Below are positions 17,586-24,456 of a stretch of 44,399 bases of DNA, piece after piece. Source of the DNA: a virus. Both the position numbers and the translations under genes were made by a program. How positions within the stretch are numbered: the stretch's first letter is position 1; every line of letters begins with the position of its first letter. The stretch spans positions 1 to 44,399 of IMG/VR virus record IMGVR_UViG_3300015190_000001; one strand, written 5' to 3'. A model generated the notes under the pieces. The model saw only the letters and a program-made list of their open reading frames with translations. It was not told the origin of the DNA and ran no database searches.

Positions 17586-17899
17586 AGCGCCCGACCAGCC
17601 TGCGCATCATCGGCAAGGTTCACGAGATCGTGTACCTGCCGGCGGGTCAGGCTGACCTGAAGGATGGCGATGACACTTTCGCCGGTCGCATCAGCCACGA
17701 TTCCCTGCGGATATCCATCGAGGACGGCCAGCCCCTGGCAATCGAGCAGGACACCGTTCTGCACGAAGCCTTCCACGGCGTCGAGCGGGCGATGAACCTC
17801 GATCTGCCGGAGGACACGATTCACCGTCTCGCGACCGGCCTGCTTGCAGTGCTGAAGGACAATCCCTCATTCATCGCCTACCTACGGCGCAAGAAGTAG
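17582..17899 (+). CDS. Small HExxH-motif protein (putative minimal zinc metallopeptidase-like)
   Basis: 105 aa. HEAFH is at codons 61-65 (nt 17762-17776), preceded by a beta-rich segment. ATGA overlap with Rz. Confidence 0.5.
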   Translation: MKRPTSLRIIGKVHEIVYLPAGQADLKDGDDTFAGRISHDSLRISIEDGQPLAIEQDTVLHEAFHGVERAMNLDLPEDTIHRLATGLLAVLKDNPSFIAYLRRKK

Positions 17900-19081
17900 A
17901 TGCGCCCTCGATACCGCCTCGATCCGGGCCTCAAAGAGTACGCGACCGAAACGCAGAAGCGCTACATCGACGCCGTGAACGAGCACGGCTCCTACAGGGC
18001 CGCGGCGCGCGCGCTTGGATGCGCCTACACGAGCGTGCAGGGTGCTATCACCACCGTGGAGAGGGTGGCTGCGATGCGCGGGTTTGCCCCAAAGTACGAC
18101 ATGACCCACGCAGTCCCCAACCCGTTCGTGGTGAGGGGGACATCGACCCTGTACGACGAGAATGGCGAGAAGCGGCTGCAGTGGGTGAAGACGCGGCTCG
18201 ACGGCGAGCTCGCCGAGGCCGTCCTCAGAGAATTCGTCGAGCACCTCGTCGCCGACGCGAAGGGCCTCTCGCGCCTGGTCGAGCCGCCGAAGCGGGCGAG
18301 CGCCGACCTCCTGAACGTCTTCCCCTTCGGCGATCCGCACTTCGGCATGTACTCGTGGGCGGCGGAAACAGGGGATGACTTCGACACCGCGATCGCCGAG
18401 AAGCTGACCACCGGCGCCATCGACCAACTCGTCGCCAGCGCGCCCGCCGCGGACACCGCGATCATCCTGCCGCTTGGCGATCTGCTCCACGCCGACGACA
18501 CCCGCAACCGCACGCCGCAGAGCGGATTTGCGCTGGACGTCGACACCCGCTACCAGCGCGTCGTGATGGTCGCCCTCAAAGCCATCAAGCACTGCATCTA
18601 CCGCGCGCTCGAGAAGCACAATAAGGTCATCGCCCGCATCGTCGGCGGCAACCACGACCCGCACTCGTCCTTCGCCATCGCGATCGGCCTGGCCGAGCAC
18701 TTCAGCAACAACCCGCGCGTCACGGTCGACCTCTCCCCGAGCCTCTTCTGGTACTTCCGCTTCGGCAAAGTCCTGATCGGCTCGACGCACGGCGACAAGG
18801 CGAACGGGCAAGACCTGCTCGGCGTGATGGCGGCGGATCGGGCCGAGGACTGGGGGCAGACGAAGTACCGCTACTGGTACTGCGGCCACATCCACAACAA
18901 GAAGGTCATCGAGATGCCGGGCGTTCTGATCGAGTCGTTCCGCACGCTCGCCCCGAAGGATGCCTGGCACGCGGGGGAGGGCTACCGCGCCGGCCGCGAT
19001 TCCTACTGCATCACCATCCACAAGGACTTCGGCGAGGTCGGGCGCCACCGGTGCGACATCGCCATGCTGGAGGGCGCATGA
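17900..19081 (+). CDS. HTH domain fused to a calcineurin-like metallophosphoesterase
   Basis: The N-terminus (..QKRYIDAVNEHGSYRAAARALGCAYTSVQGAI) is HTH-like. Phosphoesterase motifs appear in order: GDPHFG, GDLLHADD, GGNHD, STHGD, GHIH. Confidence 0.7.
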   Translation: MRPRYRLDPGLKEYATETQKRYIDAVNEHGSYRAAARALGCAYTSVQGAITTVERVAAMRGFAPKYDMTHAVPNPFVVRGTSTLYDENGEKRLQWVKTRLDGELAEAVLREFVEHLVADAKGLSRLVEPPKRASADLLNVFPFGDPHFGMYSWAAETGDDFDTAIAEKLTTGAIDQLVASAPAADTAIILPLGDLLHADDTRNRTPQSGFALDVDTRYQRVVMVALKAIKHCIYRALEKHNKVIARIVGGNHDPHSSFAIAIGLAEHFSNNPRVTVDLSPSLFWYFRFGKVLIGSTHGDKANGQDLLGVMAADRAEDWGQTKYRYWYCGHIHNKKVIEMPGVLIESFRTLAPKDAWHAGEGYRAGRDSYCITIHKDFGEVGRHRCDIAMLEGA

Positions 19082-19242
19082 TCGAGCTCGACACGCCGGA
19101 AGGCCGGCAGCAGCTGCGCGAGTATTACGAGTCGATCGGCCTAGAGGTAGCCATCGGCGAGGTCTACTTCATCAGCCCAAGTCGACCGGCGGACCTAGAA
19201 CCGGAACAGCGTGAGGCTCATGGCAGTCGCCCGCGTTGCTGA
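19078..19242 (+). CDS. Hypothetical small protein (last gene of the late operon)
   Basis: ATGA-coupled internal ATG of ORF 19051-19242; 54 aa. Confidence 0.4.
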   Translation: MIELDTPEGRQQLREYYESIGLEVAIGEVYFISPSRPADLEPEQREAHGSRPRC

Positions 19243-19439
19243 TTGGGGAAGCCGCCGTTGGGCAGCGACCAGTCGACGATGAGAGGCGGATTTATCACGC
19301 GCTCGGCAAGGTGCCGTAGGTGTTCTCGCACGGCGGGGTGAGGATTCTTGTCGAAAGGAAGGAGCAACCGCCAATCGCGGCTGGCTGTCCTGCGCGCTCT
19401 GTGGAGAGAATACCAGCGTTCCCGCACTGTGGGTTCCAT
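19218..19439 (-). CDS. Hypothetical protein translationally coupled to the OMP moron
   Basis: ATG at 19439 overlaps the OMP TGA by 1 nt (TGATG). 73 aa, third-position GC about 68 percent. It is part of ORF-track entry 19218-19526. Confidence 0.4.
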   Translation of the reverse strand: MEPTVRERWYSLHRARRTASRDWRLLLPFDKNPHPAVREHLRHLAERVINPPLIVDWSLPNGGFPNQQRGRLP

Positions 19440-20008
19440 CAGAACCTGAACAGCGCCCCGACGGATAGGACCGTGATGTCGTCCTCGCCGGTGGCGGGGC
19501 CGCCGACCTCGTTGTACTTCTGCCATTCCGCGCGCACGGTGACGCGCTTCGTGATGTCGTAGCCGACGCCAAGGCCGTACACGAGCCCGGTATTCGTTTC
19601 TCTGTCGGTTCTGTTCACGGTCACCGTGTTGATCCTGACCTCCGTGCTGGCGCGGTAGGCGCCCAGGCGACCGTAGACCGAGAGCCGGTTAAGCGGCGAG
19701 TAAGAGCCGACGACGGACAGGTCGAAGGCGTTCGAGGACGCCGTGATCGAGCCGGCGGGGCCGGTGGCCTTCGCCTCACCGAGATCCGCGAAGGTGAGTT
19801 CGGCCGCGAAGTTTGGATGAAAGCGGTAGCCGCCGAAGACCTTCAGGGCGTCACTCTTGTCGTCGCAGGAGATGCCGGCGCCCGAGACGCCGTTGCACGT
19901 CGACTCCGCCTTGGACTGGCCGAGATGGGCCCCGGCGTAGAATGGCCGGTCTTGCGCGGCCGCCGCGGCCGAGAACACGGCGACCATCATTGCGAGCAGA
20001 ATCTTCAT
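19439..20008 (-). CDS. Outer-membrane beta-barrel protein (Ail/Lom/OmpX-OmpA-TM-like), moron
   Basis: Signal peptide MKILLAMMVAVFSAAAAAQD, alternating beta-strand pattern, and a C-terminal ..VGALFRF ending in Phe. Strong RBS AGGAGG. It is on the opposite strand to the late operon and next to attP. Confidence 0.75.
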   Translation of the reverse strand: MKILLAMMVAVFSAAAAAQDRPFYAGAHLGQSKAESTCNGVSGAGISCDDKSDALKVFGGYRFHPNFAAELTFADLGEAKATGPAGSITASSNAFDLSVVGSYSPLNRLSVYGRLGAYRASTEVRINTVTVNRTDRETNTGLVYGLGVGYDITKRVTVRAEWQKYNEVGGPATGEDDITVLSVGALFRF

Positions 20009-20160
20009 CGTGAACCTCCTATGAGGGGCGAACGATACCGCAGAAGTAAAGCGGCGTGTTTATCCCACAGTCCCATCCCCGCGCTGTCCCCGTTTCATGG
20101 CTCGACCGGCACCTTCCTGCACTGCAGCGCACTATGATGAGCGAATGCTCCGGCAGGTTC

Positions 20161-20217
20161 AGGGAGACTTAAAATCCCCTGCCGCAAGGCGTGGCGGTTC
20201 GAATCCGCCCCCGGGTA
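20161..20217 (+). other. attP core: 3' portion of a tRNA-Leu(UAA) (anticodon loop, long variable arm, T-arm, 3' acceptor strand)
   Basis: Elements read in order: cttaaaa loop (anticodon TAA), variable arm gcc-gcaa-ggc, T-arm ggcgg-ttcgaat-ccgcc, then cccgggt-a. No complementary 5' acceptor or D-arm lies upstream, and there is one A-C mismatch in the anticodon stem. It is a fragment, 20 bp from the 3' end of int. Confidence 0.7.
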
Positions 20218-20237
20218 CTCATAGCCGAAACAGACAC

Positions 20238-21206
20238 TTATGCCGCTTTCTTCTTCCTGAGTCGTCCCCGCCGCATCCCCGCGAGTTTCGGGAGGCTGTC
20301 CACCGCGGCGCGCAGGTCGCCCGGGAGCAGATGGGCATAGTGCTTCGCCGTGATGGCGATCGACGTGTGGCCGAGGAGGTCTTGCGCTGCCTTCAGGCTC
20401 TTCGTCCGCTGCACGACCCAGGAGCCGAACGTCCGCCTGAGGTCGCGGAACTGCAGCCAAGGCATCCCCGCCTTGCTACGGGCCTCCCTGTACGCCTCGC
20501 CGAGCTCTCGTCCTGTCAGGCCATAGGGGAAGTTTGCGGCGCTCAGGCCCCGCGGGAGAGGCACTACGCGCGGCTTTGAGGTCTTCCCCTTGGTGATGAC
20601 GATGGCCCCGTCTTTGAAGTCGTGCGGCTGCAGCCCTTGGAGCTCGCCCGAGCGGAGCCCGGTCATGGCAGCCCATAGGATCGCCTTGCGGGTACGGCCG
20701 CGAGCGGCGCCCAGCAGTTTGTCCGCCTGCGCCGGCGTGGCCTGGATGTACCGCGGCTCCTCCCCAGGCAGGAGGACTATCCGGCCGGCTTCGTCGTGCT
20801 CGAGCCAGCGCCATTTCCGGTGAGCGAGGCGGGCGACCCTTCGGAGGATGGCGAGGCGCCGGTTCACGGTGGCCGGCTTCAGCCCGGCGCCGGACTTGAT
20901 GACGGCTTCGGCAGCATCGGCGACCTGGTGGAGCATCCGGCCGCGGATCTGCGGGTAGATGGCCCTGACCTTGTTCTGCAGGTTGCGGTAGGACTTGAGG
21001 GACTTCGCCTCACCGCCTAGCCAGCGATCGATCGCTTCCTCGAGCGTGTAGGTCGGTAGTCGGCCAACGCGGCTATCTTCGATCCTCTGTGCAGTGCGGC
21101 GCTCAAATTCGGCAGCGTCCCTACGGCTTCGGAAAGAACGGCTAAGGCGTCTGCCGCCAAGTTGGATTCGGACTTCCCAGGTCGGTCCATGCCTGCGGAT
21201 CGGCAT
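20238..21206 (-). CDS. int: Tyrosine integrase
   Basis: 322 aa. Catalytic-box pattern: ..TGLRSGEL.. (R), ..FRDLRRTFGS.., ..LLGHTSIAITAKHYAHL (H, Y). Adjacent to the tRNA fragment. Confidence 0.9.
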   Translation of the reverse strand: MPIRRHGPTWEVRIQLGGRRLSRSFRSRRDAAEFERRTAQRIEDSRVGRLPTYTLEEAIDRWLGGEAKSLKSYRNLQNKVRAIYPQIRGRMLHQVADAAEAVIKSGAGLKPATVNRRLAILRRVARLAHRKWRWLEHDEAGRIVLLPGEEPRYIQATPAQADKLLGAARGRTRKAILWAAMTGLRSGELQGLQPHDFKDGAIVITKGKTSKPRVVPLPRGLSAANFPYGLTGRELGEAYREARSKAGMPWLQFRDLRRTFGSWVVQRTKSLKAAQDLLGHTSIAITAKHYAHLLPGDLRAAVDSLPKLAGMRRGRLRKKKAA

Positions 21207-21364
21207 TGTTCTAAGTACGCCTTCCAGTCGGACGGGTGAACCTTAACACAGCCGCGGATGCGGGTCGGTTGAAGGCGCCCCTCGACGAGGTCGCGCTTGA
21301 TGGTAGACAGCGACACGCCGGCCTTGCGCGCGCAGTCGTCGAGGCTGTAGAGCTCGTCGTTCAC
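21017..21364 (-). CDS. xis: Excisionase/MerR-type HTH DNA-binding protein; the ORF overlaps the int 5' end by 190 nt
   Basis: The N-terminus YSLDDCARKAGVSLSTIKRDLVEGRLQPTRIRGCVKVHPSDWKAYLE is Xis/AlpA-like. The open frame continues to 21017, inside int. Confidence 0.6.
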   Translation of the reverse strand: MNDELYSLDDCARKAGVSLSTIKRDLVEGRLQPTRIRGCVKVHPSDWKAYLEQCRSAGMDRPGKSESNLAADALAVLSEAVGTLPNLSAALHRGSKIAALADYRPTRSRKRSIAG

Positions 21365-21421
21365 GCTTTCGTCTTTGAGGAATTGCTGCGCACGTTGTCC
21401 GCCGTGTCTATAATCGCGCCG

Positions 21422-21640
21422 TCAGTTCGCATAGTGGTAGCCGCATGGCGCGCACAGCGGGCGGTTCTTCTCGTCAACGAAAAGGCTTGGCGCTCCGCAT
21501 TGGCAGCGCAGGCGAGTACCGGAGACGCACTCACGCTCCATGCGTTCGTCCATCTCGCGCGCCCGTTGCAGCTCTGCTTCGTGGTCGGCCTCGGTGCCGA
21601 ACCATTTCTCAAAATCGCTCCGCTCGATGGGCGCGCTCAT
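21422..21640 (-). CDS. Hypothetical zinc-ribbon-like protein
   Basis: C-terminal CQC..(X)..CAPC. The first ATG is at 21640. The ORF-track start at 21694 is a TTG. Confidence 0.45.
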   Translation of the reverse strand: MSAPIERSDFEKWFGTEADHEAELQRAREMDERMERECVSGTRLRCQCGAPSLFVDEKNRPLCAPCGYHYAN

Positions 21641-21722
21641 GGAATCAGGCCAATTACAGGCACGATAAGGCGTATCTCGCCAATATCTGGCCAATAGGCG
21701 CGGTTCAGGAGACGAGAGCCAA

Positions 21723-21839
21723 TCATCGGCGCTGCTCCTGCTTTTGGTTCTTGGCGTACATCTCGCCGAAGTGATCGCCGACAGAGAACATCAGGCCGAT
21801 CAATACCGCCAAGGCAATCCATCCAGTCGCGTCGTTCAT
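21723..21839 (-). CDS. Small membrane peptide (38 aa)
   Basis: MNDATGWIALAVLIGLMFSVGDHFGEMYAKNQKQEQRR. ATGA overlap with the stop of the upstream methylase gene. Below the ORF-track size cut-off. Confidence 0.4.
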   Translation of the reverse strand: MNDATGWIALAVLIGLMFSVGDHFGEMYAKNQKQEQRR

Positions 21840-22270
21840 CGAAGGTCTACCCTCGGGAGGAAGATGACAACGGCAACTGGGAACGGCGCTCCAGTCTCTG
21901 CCCCGGCGAACTTGACTCGCCCCTTCGGGAAGCGGATGTCAGATGCCTTGGCCGCGTATTCGTGCCACCACTCCGTATCGACGCGGGCAGGGACGAAGCA
22001 AACCACCAGCACGCCATTCTCGCGGCACTCGTCATAGGCTTTCTTCATCCAGTGGATGATGTCCTTGCCGTAGGGCGGGTTCATAAAGACTCGATGCCCC
22101 TTCCACGAATGCACTAGGCCGTTAGTCTCCGGGGTGTAGAACAGGTCGCACTTGGCGGTTTCCGCTACGCAGCAAGGGTCGAGCGTGAACTTGAACTCAA
22201 GGTCGAGGTAGTCGAACCACTCCTGCGGCGTCGCCCATGTCATGTCCTCGCTGGAAGCCATCACGCTCAT
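21836..22270 (-). CDS. dam: Phage Dam-type DNA N6-adenine methyltransferase
   Basis: WATPQEWFDYLDLEFKFTLDPC...FMNPPYG...VPARVDTEWWH...RFPKGRVKF matches the phage N6A-methylase family layout (NPPY). The start is placed at ATG 22270 (MSVMASS..). The ORF-track start at 22453 overlaps the upstream gene. Confidence 0.8.
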   Translation of the reverse strand: MSVMASSEDMTWATPQEWFDYLDLEFKFTLDPCCVAETAKCDLFYTPETNGLVHSWKGHRVFMNPPYGKDIIHWMKKAYDECRENGVLVVCFVPARVDTEWWHEYAAKASDIRFPKGRVKFAGAETGAPFPVAVVIFLPRVDLR

Positions 22271-22326
22271 AGTCGTGTTTGGCTCCGCCTCCAGCACGTC
22301 GGACGGGAATAGGGCGTCGGCCTTCC

Positions 22327-22647
22327 TCACGCCTTGAGGCTCCGGTATTCCACGGCGAGCCCGGCGGTCTTGGCCCGCTCGATTCCAAGCTCCATGCCGG
22401 GCGTGATACCTCGGTCGGTGTAGACCACTGACGCCTGCGCCACCGCTCGCCACGCGAGGCCGGCATCTATCCCATGCTGCCGCTCGCCGGGGACTTCATC
22501 ACGCAGGATTCCTGGCTGCGTGTAGAGGAGATGGCTGGCGATTGGCGCTTCGCCCCGGAGCAGGCTGTCGCGGACGCAGGCGCGGGCATAGGACACGTTC
22601 GCCTCGATGTCGCCAGCGTAGGGGCTTTCGATGATGACGAGCCTCAT
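22327..22647 (-). CDS. Conserved phage protein (DUF4406/nucleoside deoxyribosyltransferase-like?)
   Basis: 106 aa. The pattern MRLVIIESPYAG..N..YA..C......GE.PIASHLLY...D..ER..GI.AGL.W is recalled from phage families. This is a fold-level guess only. Confidence 0.4.
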   Translation of the reverse strand: MRLVIIESPYAGDIEANVSYARACVRDSLLRGEAPIASHLLYTQPGILRDEVPGERQHGIDAGLAWRAVAQASVVYTDRGITPGMELGIERAKTAGLAVEYRSLKA

Positions 22648-22681
22648 GCTCCGGCTTTCCTATCCAGAGGCGCAGCTATGG

Positions 22682-22897
22682 TCATACGATGACGATCCCG
22701 CGAGCCGTGTTCGGCATTCTTCGGATGTAGCCTTTGCGCTCGATTGCGCTAAGGTGCTGGTGGCATCCGTTCCACCACAAGTCGTAGTGCTCGGCTACCT
22801 CGCGCACCGTAGGCGGATACTTGTTCCGCTTGATGTGGCGCTTGATGAACGCGAGGATGCGCGCCTGCTTTGTGGTCAGAGGCTTCCGGCGCTTCAT
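22682..22897 (-). CDS. LexA N-terminal winged-helix DNA-binding domain protein without an S24 peptidase domain
   Basis: 71 aa. LTTKQARILAFIKRHIKRNKYPPTVREVAEHYDL..(X)..HLSAIERKGYIRR...ARGIVIV parallels the LexA_DNA_bind signature (LT.rQ..il.fI...GyPPt.rEia...HL.aLe.KGyI.r). Confidence 0.65.
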   Translation of the reverse strand: MKRRKPLTTKQARILAFIKRHIKRNKYPPTVREVAEHYDLWWNGCHQHLSAIERKGYIRRMPNTARGIVIV

Positions 22898-22933
22898 TTA
22901 GTTTCCTTCCGTGAACAGTCTGCGGCGTAAGAG

Positions 22934-23209
22934 CTATGCAATGCGCTCGAGGCCGTTGCGAAGATCGGCCAGCCGCTTGTTGAGCGCCTGCAAGTTGTCG
23001 AGCATGGCCGTCATGCAGACCATTGGCGTCGGCGGTGTGCCGCCCGCTCCCTTGATCGGCTGCGGCGTGCCGTTGATGCGGCCGAGCACGCCCTCGATGC
23101 GGTCGCACTCGTAGGAAAACGACTCGCCGAGCTTGTTCAGGCGCTCGGTGAGCGTGGCTTCGCGGGGGTTCTTCGCTTCGCTGGCTGTTGCGTAACCTTG
23201 ATCCGGCAT
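22934..23209 (-). CDS. Hypothetical helical protein
   Basis: 91 aa. RBS AAGGAGAAATGAC lies upstream within a 28-nt motif that is repeated at 24371-24398. Confidence 0.5.
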   Translation of the reverse strand: MPDQGYATASEAKNPREATLTERLNKLGESFSYECDRIEGVLGRINGTPQPIKGAGGTPPTPMVCMTAMLDNLQALNKRLADLRNGLERIA

Positions 23210-23210
23210 G

Positions 23211-23579
23211 TCATTTCTCCTTGGTTGAACTGCGTGATTCGTCTTGAGGTTGGCAGCGATACTTCTCGATGAAGCCTTTCACAATGTCGGCCATGTCCGT
23301 TTCGTTCGTCACCGTCACGCCGCCGAGGACTTGGCCGATGCCGAGGCCCTGGTCGTGAGCGCCGTAGATCAGGTCGCACCCGGTACACCACTCTATGATC
23401 TCGACCGCTTCCTTGAGCATCGCAGCGCAGTCCTGCTCTCCTCCTTCCGGGAGCGGCGCTTCAGCCCCAGGGCCGACAAGCTCGTCGAGGATCTCTCTTT
23501 TCGTCAGGATGATCTCGCCGGTCTGATCGCGCAGTCCTTCTGGCGTGAGATAAAGGGACGAGCCTTGGAATTTATTCAT
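23211..23579 (-). CDS. Hypothetical protein
   Basis: ATG at 23579 is ATGA-coupled to the upstream stop; 122 aa. The ORF-track start at 23714 overlaps the upstream gene. Confidence 0.5.
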   Translation of the reverse strand: MNKFQGSSLYLTPEGLRDQTGEIILTKREILDELVGPGAEAPLPEGGEQDCAAMLKEAVEIIEWCTGCDLIYGAHDQGLGIGQVLGGVTVTNETDMADIVKGFIEKYRCQPQDESRSSTKEK

Positions 23580-23803
23580 GGCTGCGAATCTCCAGCGAGG
23601 CGCTTCTGTTCGATCTGTTCCTTGAGTCCCTTGATGCCGTTGGCGCATTCCTGCGCAGCCGTCGTTGCCGCCTGGTTGCCCTGCGCCGCGTAGGCTTGCG
23701 ACAGCTTTTCGCAAAAGGCAACGGCGGTATCGAAGGCGATGCCAGATCCAGCGGCCATCGCCGTAGCAGCCATGCCGCGAGCCAGTTCGCCGATGTCGCT
23801 CAT
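23576..23803 (-). CDS. Hypothetical Ala-rich helical protein
   Basis: 75 aa, with overlapping stop/start at both ends. Confidence 0.5.
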   Translation of the reverse strand: MSDIGELARGMAATAMAAGSGIAFDTAVAFCEKLSQAYAAQGNQAATTAAQECANGIKGLKEQIEQKRLAGDSQP

Positions 23804-23991
23804 GTGTTTCGCTCCTCTATGTCGGACGGTGCATGGAGTTCAGCGTGAAGTTTCTCGACGCACTCATTGCAAATATGGCCGTATAGGCCTACCAGCAACT
23901 TCGGCACGCAGCGGGACTCTCGCTCGCAAAATGAGCAGGAGCGTCTTTCGCGGTAATGAAGCTCGTCGCCTGTGATCCATCTGTTCATCAC
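23800..23991 (-). CDS. ClpX-type C4 zinc-finger (ZBD-like) mini-protein
   Basis: 63 aa. CSFCERESRCVPKLLVGLYGHICNECVEKLH parallels the ClpX N-terminal zinc-binding motif (C.FCgk.......li.g....IC.eCv). Confidence 0.55.
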   Translation of the reverse strand: MMNRWITGDELHYRERRSCSFCERESRCVPKLLVGLYGHICNECVEKLHAELHAPSDIEERNT

Positions 23992-24079
23992 GATGTTGCC
24001 TTTAGCACCCGATGCGGGCGCATAACGAGTTTGTATTCGATGCCTTCATGCTTTACCCAGAAGTCGCACCATCCGCCGC

Positions 24080-24370
24080 CTACACCGCTGAGTCTAGGCG
24101 TGACGAGGCGTGCATCAGGCGAGACGAAAGCCCTTCGGCGTAGGAGATCATGTCGGCCATCCTTCGCTCGATGGTGTCAGGCGACGGCGCTGTCTCCTCC
24201 TTGGAAACGTCCTGCGGCACCGGGCCGAGGATACGGTCAGCGACCATCTCCAGTCGGTTAGCGAGTTCGTGACAGCCAGCGAGCGCCCTGTTCAGTTGCT
24301 CGATCTGCATGGCGAGTCGCGGCCTGTCGGATACTGCTTTGGGCGTGGGATACCCTGTTGGATTGTTCAT
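24080..24370 (-). CDS. Hypothetical helical protein (possible distant paralogue of 22934-23209)
   Basis: The start is placed at ATG 24370, behind the strong RBS AAGGAGAAATGAA; 96 aa. Confidence 0.5.
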   Translation of the reverse strand: MNNPTGYPTPKAVSDRPRLAMQIEQLNRALAGCHELANRLEMVADRILGPVPQDVSKEETAPSPDTIERRMADMISYAEGLSSRLMHASSRLDSAV

Positions 24371-24405
24371 TTCATTTCTCCTTGGTTGAGTGCGGTGATA
24401 TAGAC

Positions 24406-24456
24406 CGGACACGAAATTTGTCCGTGTTCCTTTGAATGCGGACAGTCATTTTGTCC
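24406..24456. promoter_or_regulatory. Two GGACA-N7-TGTCC inverted repeats (24406-24424 and 24440-24456)
   Basis: cGGACAcgaaattTGTCCg and GGACAgtcatttTGTCC have centres 33 bp apart. They lie in the only sizeable gap of this part of the leftward operon. Confidence 0.5.

Noticed and set aside
20131-20220. A complete tRNA-Leu gene
   Set aside because: No 5' acceptor strand complementary to cccgggt and no D-arm are present upstream. Only the 3' part is tRNA-like, so I treat it as the attP core.
20097-20579. Plus-strand ORF spanning attP and the integrase 3' end
   Set aside because: It is antisense to a well-supported integrase, its composition is Arg/Pro-rich, and it crosses the tRNA fragment.
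21365-21421. Perfect TATAAT (about 21409-21414) on the plus strand upstream of xis
   Set aside because: It points away from any plus-strand gene, and no -35 lies at 16-18 nt spacing. It is probably fortuitous. An antisense promoter cannot be excluded without transcript data.
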